A stretch of DNA of 54,780 nucleotides from Pseudogymnoascus verrucosus (lineage: Eukaryota): the NCBI GenBank assembly GCA_001662655.1, contig KV460255.1, one strand, 5' to 3'. Position 1 is the first letter of the stretch; every line of letters starts with the position of its first letter. Both the position numbers and the translations under genes were made by a program. A model generated the notes under the pieces. That model had not been told where the DNA came from. It made no database searches and saw only the letters and a program-made list of their open reading frames with translations. Positions 13,430 to 22,863 of the stretch are shown here, one piece after another.

Positions 13430-13783
13430 TTAGACATATGGAGCCATAAGCATGTAAGAACACTCCCTAAATCGAGTCCCGATTCCAAATACGTATATGA
13501 CTCCAGAAGCGACTGCAGATAGAAATAATAGGTAGAGCGCTGGTATAAGACAATCCTGCAAGAACTTTTCATCGTGAACTGGCCAGTCAATTTGAATTTC
13601 ATCAAATTCCGCCTTTATTTCTGATGGTACCTGGCGAGGTGCGTCTTGCGAACTTGGCGGAGGCAGGTGGGATTGAGATGGTTGGGGTGATATTCGATCC
13701 TCTTCAAGTGATAGTTTGTCTGCGTTTTCGCTGTTATCGATGGCTTGGTAGTCTTGCTCGTGGCAACAAGGAAGAATAGCCAT
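13430..13783 (-). CDS. Small hypothetical membrane protein
   Basis: 117-aa ORF in AT-richer flanks with one hydrophobic segment (LIPALYLLFLSAVASGVIYVFGIG). Its 5' end lies within a 58-bp tandem duplication. Confidence 0.4.
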   Translation of the reverse strand: MAILPCCHEQDYQAIDNSENADKLSLEEDRISPQPSQSHLPPPSSQDAPRQVPSEIKAEFDEIQIDWPVHDEKFLQDCLIPALYLLFLSAVASGVIYVFGIGTRFRECSYMLMAPYV

Positions 13784-13847
13784 TATTGCTGTTATCGATG
13801 GCTTGGTAGTCTTGCTCGTGGCAACAAGGAAGAATAGCCATTATTGC
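13730..13847. repeat. Perfect 58-bp tandem duplication
   Basis: GCTGTTATCGATGGCTTGGTAGTCTTGCTCGTGGCAACAAGGAAGAATAGCCATTATT at 13730-13787 and 13788-13845, plus 2 bp. Confidence 0.95.
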
Positions 13848-14114
13848 GGTTACGCTATTAGATGGAAGTAAGCCAATAAATTTATATTTAAATTGGAAGA
13901 AAGAACTGTGTGAGCAACTAAAATAGCTAGACTACGAGTACTGTGATGATACTCACCAGATATGATACGACTGTTTCTTGTTGCGCCACACCACTCCAGC
14001 CACGTTGTCGATCTTAACCGTGCGGGTGAACCCTGAAGTCAAACCTTAAAAAGTGGACCATATGTTAACAGGCACCTGTGCCACACCCCTCCACACCACT
14101 GCGACGATGGATGA

Positions 14115-15469
14115 ATGCCTTCGGGCGAGCAACCTAACACTGATTTATTTAAAACCCAAAGAGACAAAATGATCGGCCCAACTTTTGAATGGGCTAGGGT
14201 GCTTGGGAACCTCTGGGACGTAGCTACCAAGGCAGATGACCCGTCACACCCTGCCCTTCCTCAGACCCGGCCCCGCATTCTCACTCCTTCACCTTCTCGA
14301 GAGTCACTCGTCGAATCCGCTGCTTCTGCGACAGCAAACAGCGCCTTCTTCCAGAAGCTCCCGCCTGAGATACGGCTCAAGATCCTAAGAGAAGCCTTTG
14401 GTGACAGGACCATCCACATGGATCTCTATTTCGACTACCCGATGAAACCACTCAGTGAGCGCCAACCGAACCGCACACAAAGAGTTGGCGGCGCCCGGAT
14501 CCCCCCACCAGAGCCCCGATGGGGAATTGTAAGGGCCCAAAGGAAAAAATGGCAGTGGTTGAGTGGCGAGTGCTATCGCAGCTCGCACGCCCCGGCTCCG
14601 GATCTGGTGGAGCGTGAAATTGGTGACGATAGCTGCTTCCCGGGCATGACGGATTGTTGTGAAATATTCCATACCAGCATTGGTGTCCGCCCAGTTGGGG
14701 TTATGGGCTGGTTGTTATCATGCCGCCTGGCGTTAGTGCTTCATTTCATATTAATCATATCAGATCAGTACTGACTCTTTTTCGTCTTATTAGTTACGCC
14801 GAGTGCATCGATGTGCTCTACGGAACGAATACAGTATACATGACTGGTAATCCCTTGCTTCAGCAGCTACAAGATGTGCGATACGGACCGGGTACAATAC
14901 ACATGGCTGGCCCCGTCTTACCTCGACTACTACCAAATGTGCTCCTCCCTAAACGACTCGCCAGTATAACATCAGTGAGAATTCGTTGGACGTGCAACCC
15001 TTTTGACAGTGAACCGTATGAACCATCGCTTTACGGAGTCTCAGCCTTTAACAACTTTCTAAAGGACTTGCCGAGGCTATTTCCGCACCTGAGGAAGCTA
15101 CACCTGTCGTTGGACGGCAAAATGATACCTAGTCCACATGTAGAACCCGACCGGCTCCGCGAATTGATCGAGTCAGATATTATGATACCGGTTGATGACA
15201 TGGTTCGCAATCTCGGCCCGCAGATGCAAAAGTGTTGCATAGCTATTTCTGCTTTTCTGTACTTTGCGACGAAGTACAAACCTATGAACCCTGGGCAGCA
15301 ATTATCTCCCCAAGAGCGACACGAATGGCTTCACGCTTGGCGAGAACTTCCCGCATCCAATTTGACGTCTTTACAGCAGAGCGCTCATTTGAAAGGGTAT
15401 GCGATTCGCATTGGGCAATTAGATATGCCTGTGCAATTTATGATCCCACCAGGGTACGGTGATTTCTAA
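14115..15469 (+). CDS. Fungal hypothetical protein with F-box-like 'FFQKLPPEIRLKI' motif (DUF7730-like)
   Basis: Exons 14115-14731 and 14794-15469. Intron GTTAGT...ACTGAC...TAG joins 'WLLSCRLA|YAECIDVLYGTNT', a pattern typical of this expanded fungal family. Confidence 0.75.
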
Positions 15470-16344
15470 GATGGCCTTGGAGCTTGACACAACGCCTACA
15501 GCTATACCTGTCAAGTAGAATGTGTTATCACGACTCAATTCTTCTCATTACACTTGTTTTATATGCGATTTCTGCATCACCCTACATTATGGGCGACGAA
15601 CATACAATGAAAGATTCAACTTCAACTCAAGCGTCGTGTACTTATGCCGCCCAAAATCTGGAGAGGGCTGTCTATAACGGCACAGCAATGTAGGCAAAAC
15701 ACATTCTCTTAATCATATAGGGCTGAAGCTATCTAGGTTAGCTACGCTAAAGGCAGCTAAAATAATGATTTCTATCAGCTTTAATGGGGGTATCGGCTCT
15801 CACCCCCAAACAGCCCCATTTCATGCTCTCTGGCGGCCCGAGTTCGTTGGCACCAGGTAAACCATCTAACACCGACGTTACCGGAACTCCGGTCACCGTG
15901 TTCCACTTATAAAATCGCTACTGGCGATTATCAGTACTCCAAGGGAGAAAGATGGGCCCCGGCATGGATCTCAGCCAGTTTTCTAACCCACGGCGTTGGT
16001 GATCGTCAACACTAAAAATGTCAGCTCGATCAAATCCCAGCGCAATGACGTATAAAACTACCATGCGCCCTATGAAAATTACCCATAATTATTCCAATTT
16101 GGGATATGGGGCGCTTTCTCGGCGCCAAGAACAGATGCTGTATGTGTGGGAAGGATTCACAATACGAAGGATTCCCATAAGCATACCTTGACAAGGAAAC
16201 CAGGGCAAGCATTAACAAACGTCGCTATGTTTAGAATTAAATGTGAGCTTTGCTACTTATATGACAGGTCTCGCCCATTGTTGAACTATCCTGTAATATC
16301 CATCCCTGTATTACAATAGAACAGTGCTACTCACATCCCTCAAA

Positions 16345-16784
16345 ATGAACGCAAACGAAACCATCTACAGCGCAAACGTCCCCAATGTCTGCCAAAAATA
16401 TATCAATGGCGCCGTTCGTCTTCCCATCTCACTCATCTCTCCCTCAACTAACCTCCATAGATCAACCCCCCTAGCGGACCCTCCTGCTTTTCCTCCCTCT
16501 ACTCCACCATCGCCAACCACAACGCAACCTTCTCAACATGCTGTAGCAATGCCAAACCTGAGATCTACGACGATGATAAACCATGCTTCCAATACTGCAT
16601 GGCCGGCGATTTTGTGGCCGAAAAGGCCATGTATGAGTGTCTGAAGAAATCGAATATCAACTTTGGGTGTACGGGGACGAGGGACGAGGCGGGGAACTTC
16701 AGCGATGCGGGGCCGGCGAGGAACTTGTCGCTGGGCGGGGCGTTGGTTGTTGGATTGGCGTTGGTGGGGGTGTTAAGTGTATGA
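16345..16784 (+). CDS. 130-aa eight-cysteine protein with GPI-like hydrophobic C-terminus
   Basis: Exons 16345-16413 and 16461-16784. Intron GTTCGT...ACTAAC...TAG joins two ORF-track fragments in frame. Contains 'STCCSN', 'PCFQYC', 'YECLK', 'FGC' and tail 'SLGGALVVGLALVGVLSV'. Confidence 0.75.
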
Positions 16785-16961
16785 GGCAACTTGTGTGAGA
16801 ATGGGGCTTGGTGATAGAAGCGTCAAGAGTCTAGTGTTTATCACCGAATAGGGTGATTATTGCAGTCTCGGTTTATACAGCTTGTTTAATTAGATCTTGA
16901 AGGACATTGTTGTTAGAATTACACTAGACACTAATAGATAGTTATAAAAAAAATTACACAA

Positions 16962-17080
16962 ACATACAAGAGTAGGTTTTAGCTGGTGGCCATCCACCCG
17001 ACTAGTAACCTACCGATCTCGAGGTTATGTATCGCAGAGCGGACAGGATGCCCAGTTCTCCTTAAGCTGCTATCGCTTTT
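16962..17080 (-). pseudogene. Degenerate 5S rRNA gene copy
   Basis: Minus strand reads ...GAGAACTGGGCATCCTGTCCGCTCTGCGATACATAACCTCGAGATCGGTAGGTTACTAGTCGGGTGGATGGCCACCAGCTAAAACCTACTCTTGTATGT, colinear with the 119-nt ascomycete 5S rRNA. T8 run at 16946-16953 downstream. 5' ACATACGACCATA is decayed. Confidence 0.85.
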
Positions 17081-17700
17081 GCTGCCAAGACCACCACCAA
17101 AACCGTCCCCTGTTGTCAGCCTTCCGCTTCCATGTTCCCGCTCTTAGGCCATTGCTGCTTTTACTTTCACTGCCACTGGGCACGTCCATCTCCACCTTCG
17201 ACGACCGCCGAAGCGGCCTAAGAGCGCCTAAAAACGCGAAACGGTTGGTCAATTTCTGAATCTGCCTAGGGGGTTAGTCATGGAATGGCAGGCAGAAAGC
17301 GGTGTTATTTGAGAGGAAATTCTCAAGACTAGCTTACATAATGTTATTATAGGCTACCTAGTAATAACAATGGCCGTTATGCGCTCTTTTGAAGCTGTGG
17401 ATCCGTCATTTACAGGCTGAATCTAGATTTAAAGCAAGACAGGTTCATCAGTGTAGCATAGAAAAACCAGCCCCTTATAGAATAAAGAATATAAACTATA
17501 TTCTAAGTCCTAACTTAGTTAACACTTCTCCAAGCAAGAGCTAACGAACATTTAATGAGCGAAATACATTTCCGATAGCAAAATTTGCCCCTTTATCCTT
17601 AACGCAACACTCTTCCTTGTTATGTTTAGAAAACTTCTAAACATCTAGGTTTAACTTGAATGTTCGCATCACAATAGCTTGATTCATGGACTAATGTCGC

Positions 17701-18189
17701 TTAACAACCCTGCTTAGATATTAGAGGCTTGGAGCAATAGCTTGTGTACACTTAATGGTCACTTACTCTCGGCATATTTTGAGCAAGCCGAGCAATGGCG
17801 ATGTTATCGTTATTAACAGCCATCTGATTAGCTTTGGTATATCCTCTAGGGCTATTTAAGTTTCTCTGCAACACCATGCATCAGCTTACAATACTAGTTC
17901 CTGTACCTTCTTAAAGCTCGCTTACCATATCGATAGCTTTCTGTGCTTGGAGCGCAGACATCTGGGTGTTAAATTCCTCACAGGAGCTAACCGTGGTTGT
18001 GGTTGGCGCTGCTGACGACTCCTCAGAAGTTGTTTGGGAAATAATGGTAGTCTTAGAACTGGCGGATGTTGGTGAGGTCTTAGCTGTAGTCGTGGGCATA
18101 GCCGATCCGGAGCCTCTAGTGATCGGGCCTTGCCGCACAGCAATAACGGACGTCACGAAAACTGCGACTGCGATATGAAGAAGCCTCAT
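17701..18189 (-). CDS. Small secreted protein, 123 aa, with Ser/Thr stalk and two Cys
   Basis: Signal peptide MRLLHIAVAVFVTSVIA. Exons 18189-17926, 17865-17767, 17709-17701, with canonical GTAAG donors, GCTGAT/CTAAT branch sites and CAG acceptors, all phase 0. Confidence 0.8.
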
Positions 18190-18681
18190 GATTTCGAATT
18201 TCGGAGGATAACTCGATGGTGAAGGATGGACAGCGATTGATGTGTGGTGAATATCTAGTAAGAAGATCTTTATGTTTGTTGTTGGAAAGATGCGTTATTA
18301 TGGTGAAATAGATGGGATCAGCTGGCTCCGTTGATTGATCTACATTAAGTGTAAGCTGGCATTCACTATTGAATCAGGTCTAATCTGCCGTTGTTTCAGT
18401 TCGTTATATTGGTGATTAGAGCCTCTAATCTAATGTAATTTCGCTTCAGCCAGCCAAAGGACGACAATGGCGCGGATTGTCTTAAACCAAGCTCACATAG
18501 TGGCCCACTGGCCTAGTAGCTCTGAAATTAGGACGGAATAAAGACACTAGATTGACTCACCCCTATGCTTGTCTGAGCATGTGAGTCTCTTGACTCGCAT
18601 CAATAATCGTGAGGCCGTTCGATTAGTATGTCACATAAGACTTTCTGTATAGGTAGTATACTACTACTAGCGGTGTTGCAC

Positions 18682-19073
18682 GCACTTCTAGGTCCCCCCC
18701 TAAAAGAATTTCTTGATCGGGAAATGGAAGCACGCAGCTGGAAATGGGAGCCTCCTATTGAAAATCCTGACGGCAGAGTTTGTACAAGTGTCAATGAATA
18801 CTTTGGAGGTCCATTTTTTGACTCCCATGGTAAGAGATATCAAGATTATCAGTCAACTTTGCTAACAACATCGAAGGCAAGTTCTTATATAAAGATCCGA
18901 CCTTAGCAGATCTCAATCTTGGAGACAATACTCCATCTTTACAAGGAGAAGAAAAAAAGCTGTTTTTAGAGTTCGTCGGCAAAATGCTTCGGTGGGTGCC
19001 AGAAGACAGGTTGACGGCTAGAGACCTCCTTGGAAACCCGTGGCTCCTCCGGGATGCACCATCAAGGAGGTGA
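18682..19073 (+). pseudogene. C-terminal fragment of an SRPK-like (CMGC) protein kinase
   Basis: 'ALLGPP.KEFL...GPFFDSHG|KFLY...GEEKKLFLEFVGKMLRWVPEDRLTARDLLGNPWL' across intron 18830-18876 corresponds to subdomains X-XI. No upstream VAIK, HxD or DFG/DLG exons were found. Confidence 0.75.
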
Positions 19074-19423
19074 AACGTTTTGGTTGTATGAAATAAACTA
19101 TTAAACAATAGAACAAGTCCTTTAACTTACATCACTGCTTGCACTTTACCTCCTGCATCGCCATTCTACCTAGAACTAACTCTATTGCCTAAGTTTACCG
19201 ACGAGGCTCCTATAAAATTCGACTGTCGTATGTAGAAGTTATTCTCATATCGTGGTTCAAGTCCCATTCGCACATAGGAAACCGGCATATAGTTCGCATG
19301 CAAAGCGGTCTTTCCTCTTTTTTTGCTGCCCCAAGAACGTGCATCTTACCCCTGAATATTACAGATATATTCACGTGCATTCAACCCTCTTTTCGTGAGC
19401 TCAAGATGATTCGTCGTCATATT

Positions 19424-20816
19424 CTATTCTACCTCCTCGTTATCTTGGACGTTGAAGTGCCAAGCCAGAAATGGTGATATTCTGCGCACTAAGTCAAGGA
19501 GAGGTTCGTCAGGCTGTCTTTTATTAAAGCACCCAAGAATCATCCCCGCTGAGAAATCACACGCTGATATTGACGTTAACGTTTGGTAGGTACGATTGTC
19601 CGTATCACCAATAAATAAACTTCCAATTAAGGCACGGCCGTGGACGTCCTGCGAATAATCCTTACTGCTCGCATTCCATATTTCCTGCGACGACGGGACT
19701 CGGACGTTTAGCATCGCAGGATCGAAATAGTCAAGGAGACGGAACTTTGGTAGGTGAGTAATGAGGACGGCATTAAGATGAACCGTTGCTTTAAATAGAA
19801 TAACAGCGAGTCTAGACATGTTAGAATGGGAACTTGCCAATACGCCTGTAGTAGCGCACCTTTGATACTGTTCTCGCACGAGCGGGTTGAGGGGGTTCTC
19901 GGCATTAATTCTCTGCTGATCGAATACTCCAGCATGGCTAAACAATCGAAAGAGACGTTTGCTGTATACCGTGAGCCGCAAGAGGCGCTTATTATCTATT
20001 ACATTTGATGGAATGCCACTTGCTGCCCTATGAGTCAATAAGATTGTTGAAATCATGATGGCTTGAAAGAAGGGAAGAAACTCGGGCCGAGGTGCATTAA
20101 AGATATCACTCTGTTGTTCGAGCAGTGACTGTGTCATATAGATCAGTTCCAAGGTCTATAATAGGCCGGGGATATTGGAGGGGGTTGTATTACGGAATTC
20201 CCGCACTGAATCTCAACTATCTTGTCATGATGGAATTCTGCTTGTTGCCTTGCCTTGGCCGTACCTGTCATCCACAAACCTGCAACTAAGACAGCCTGTA
20301 CTAATTGTTCAGGTTGAGCCTCGCTCTGAAAGGTTCTTTCATGCAAAATGGGCCAATGCAGATGTAACGTGGAAAAATAAAGCTGCTCAAGTAACTTTCT
20401 GTTAGATGCTTGGGCGAATTCTGCTCCAAGACTAATCATCATGCTGTCACTTAACCGCCGAAGAGCCAATTCTCTGCGCTCATGGTCAGACTTCGTCTGT
20501 ACATTATTTTCGATATTTTGCTTGGGTTCTGGTGTGAGAAAGCTTGCCGGGCTCGATAGTTCGAGGTTTACTGGGGATTTGCTGTGGCTCAGGGCGATAT
20601 GGCGATTGAGCAAGTCACTATGGAAATATGTTGGCACGTCTTCGGCGGAATACTTGGGGATTTTGCTCGAAATTTTACATCTTACCTGCGGTTGAAAGTG
20701 GAAGGGCAAACTTGACAAGCAAACGATCGCAGGTTGGTATGGGCCTTCTGATGGCGCAAGAGGTGTTCCCTTCGTTTGTAAGAGCGGCTGCACTCAGGGT
20801 GGTGACATTGGAACAT
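19424..20816 (-). CDS. Two-finger C2H2 transcription factor with fungal-specific TF (middle homology) domain
   Basis: Exon 1 20816-20686 'MFQCHHPECSRSYKRREHLLRHQKAHTNLRSFACQVCPSTFNR'; intron 20618-20685; exon 2 'SDLLNRHIALSH...LYFSTLHLHWPILHERTF'. Probable further introns 20156-20193 (38 nt, weak) and 19812-19859. Confidence 0.85.
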
Positions 20817-20912
20817 TATGGTAATATGACCTTATAGGCCGTTCGACGGAGCCGCTCTCAGGCCTACTCTGAAGGATTGCTTCTCAATTCAGTGAATAAT
20901 ACGAGTTACACC

Positions 20913-21114
20913 ATGTAGGCGGCCTTCTTTATCATGTAGGATGTGGGATGTGGGATGTGGGATGTGGGATGAAGGATCGAGCGATGTGGGCGGTTGAAGT
21001 AGGGGACGACGCGGGATAAGCGATATGGGATGAGCTATGTGGGCGGGTGGGGTTTAATGCAGCATGTGGGCTGAACGATGTGGGATGAGCCGGCCCGCGG
21101 TGAGCGATGTGGGC
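20913..21114 (+). promoter_or_regulatory. ATGTGGG motif array in the divergent TF/NmrA promoter
   Basis: Exact ATGTGGG at 20941, 20948, 20955, 20962 (tandem), 20984, 21037, 21064, 21078, 21107. Variants at 20913, 20934, 21009, 21023. All on one strand. Confidence 0.6.
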
Positions 21115-21365
21115 TGTCTAAGATGACAAAATACTCGAGTGGGTTTGATTTCGTTGCAACGATGCAGAAGGATTGTGTACTGATTATTGATTAGCATCTA
21201 GTTAGTTCTTCATTTATCGGCTCAAAATGGGTTTAAATAAGAGGAAGCGTGCCTGCTTTCTTAAAAAGGATCATCAGCATCAGCATCATCAAGCTTCAAG
21301 TGATTCCAACGACTCAAGTTATAAAATCAACACCCTGAGACTTTTACTCTCAAACACCAAACAAA

Positions 21366-22316
21366 ATGTCTAATATTCTTGCAATCCTCGGCGCTACTGG
21401 CCAGCAAGGCGGTTCCGTCCTCAACTTCGTCCTGAACGACCCAGAGCTCTCCCAAATATACAAGATCCGCGCAATCACCCGCGATGTCAACTCAGAGAAG
21501 GCCACAAAGCTCAAGGGGAAAGTCGAAGTCGTCCAGGGTGATATAAATGACCCGGCCTCCCTCAAGGCAGCCTTAGTCGGCGTGCACACCGTTTTCTCTG
21601 TGACAACACCATCTTTCGGCCCCAACGCCTTAGAGGACGAATATAACGTCGGCAAGTCCATCGCCGACGTCGCCGTTGAGAACGGTGCTCAATACATCAT
21701 CTTCAGCACTCTGACAGCAATCAAAGACATTTCTGGTGGCAAGTACGCCAATGTCTTTCCATTCGACGCCAAGGCCAAAATCGAGGAGTATATTCGCGGC
21801 CTCTCCATCAAGAGCGCCTTCTTCGCGGGTGCATCATTCATGGAGAATTTCCAGTCTCAATTCTTCTTAGCTCCAAAACAGGCTGCGGACGGCACCTGGG
21901 TTTTAGCCCGCCACGTCTCCCCTCAGAGCAAGTTCCCCTTGATCGACGCTGTTGGCGATACTGGGAAATTCGTCGGCGCCATCCTCGCTGAGCCGGACAA
22001 GTACGAGGGGAAGACGTTCTGTGGTGCTGCTGGAATATACACCATGGAGCAAGTAGCCGCTATACTCTCAAAAAATACGGGAAAGACGATCGTTTATAAG
22101 CAGGTCTCGGTTAAGGAGTTTAAGGAGGGCATAGTGGGCTTTGGGTTGCCTCGTGTGCTGGCTGATATCTTCGTTGATGGGTTCAGCTTCAACGAAGAAT
22201 TCGGATACTTTGGCCCAAATCAAGAGGAGTCAATTGCCTGGTCTGTTCAAAACGCCCGAGGCCGACCGTCGACGTTTGAGGAGTACCTGGAGGTGCATCC
22301 TTTCCGACTTGAATAG
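21366..22316 (+). CDS. NmrA-like NAD(P)-binding Rossmann protein (HSCARG-like)
   Basis: 'ILAILGATGQQGGSV', 'IRAITRD', 'FDAKAKIEEYIR', 'FMENF', 'DTGKFV'. 316 aa, intronless. Confidence 0.93.
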   Translation: MSNILAILGATGQQGGSVLNFVLNDPELSQIYKIRAITRDVNSEKATKLKGKVEVVQGDINDPASLKAALVGVHTVFSVTTPSFGPNALEDEYNVGKSIADVAVENGAQYIIFSTLTAIKDISGGKYANVFPFDAKAKIEEYIRGLSIKSAFFAGASFMENFQSQFFLAPKQAADGTWVLARHVSPQSKFPLIDAVGDTGKFVGAILAEPDKYEGKTFCGAAGIYTMEQVAAILSKNTGKTIVYKQVSVKEFKEGIVGFGLPRVLADIFVDGFSFNEEFGYFGPNQEESIAWSVQNARGRPSTFEEYLEVHPFRLE

Positions 22317-22863
22317 ATGGGAATCATGAGAGGGGAAATGTGTTTTATGGTGAGAATATTGGGTAGTATAGAGCAGGGAAGGTTTCATCGTGGGAGTAAA
22401 GGGATCAAGGAGAATGATAAGAGATATATAAAAAGGGATATTAAATATATGAAGATTTCCATGTTAAAATAACAATGACTCAAAAATTTATCAATCACAC
22501 AAAATATTAGAAGAATTTCTAAAGAGATAATTTTGCGGTACACACAGTGTCATAGAATTTTCTATACTACTATTGCACCACCCAAACTTTCCGCTTGCCA
22601 ATGATTGGATCCATTCAATATGTATCAGACGCTGTAAAGTAAAATCCTACAAAAAGCAAGTAGACGCTGTGAAGGGAAATCCTCCAAAAATACAATCATC
22701 AATGCTCTCATGCCTGGTCCCAGCCAATGCCATAATCTGCTATATCATACAGTATAAATCCAACAACCCATCCGCGCATATTACAGCAGCCGACGAGTAA
22801 ATCAAATCACTGCAGCAGATCGCTCGCTGTGTGTTGTAAAAAATATGACACAGGAGCCCCGAG

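Noticed and set aside
20941..21114. CRISPR-like or telomeric reading of the ATGTGGG repeats
   Set aside because: Fungal nuclear DNA, 7-12-bp units with irregular spacing, no cas genes, and not TTAGGG.
13050..22800. Secondary-metabolite cluster or transposon
   Set aside because: No PKS, NRPS or terpene backbone gene, transposase, reverse transcriptase, TIRs or LTRs recognised.
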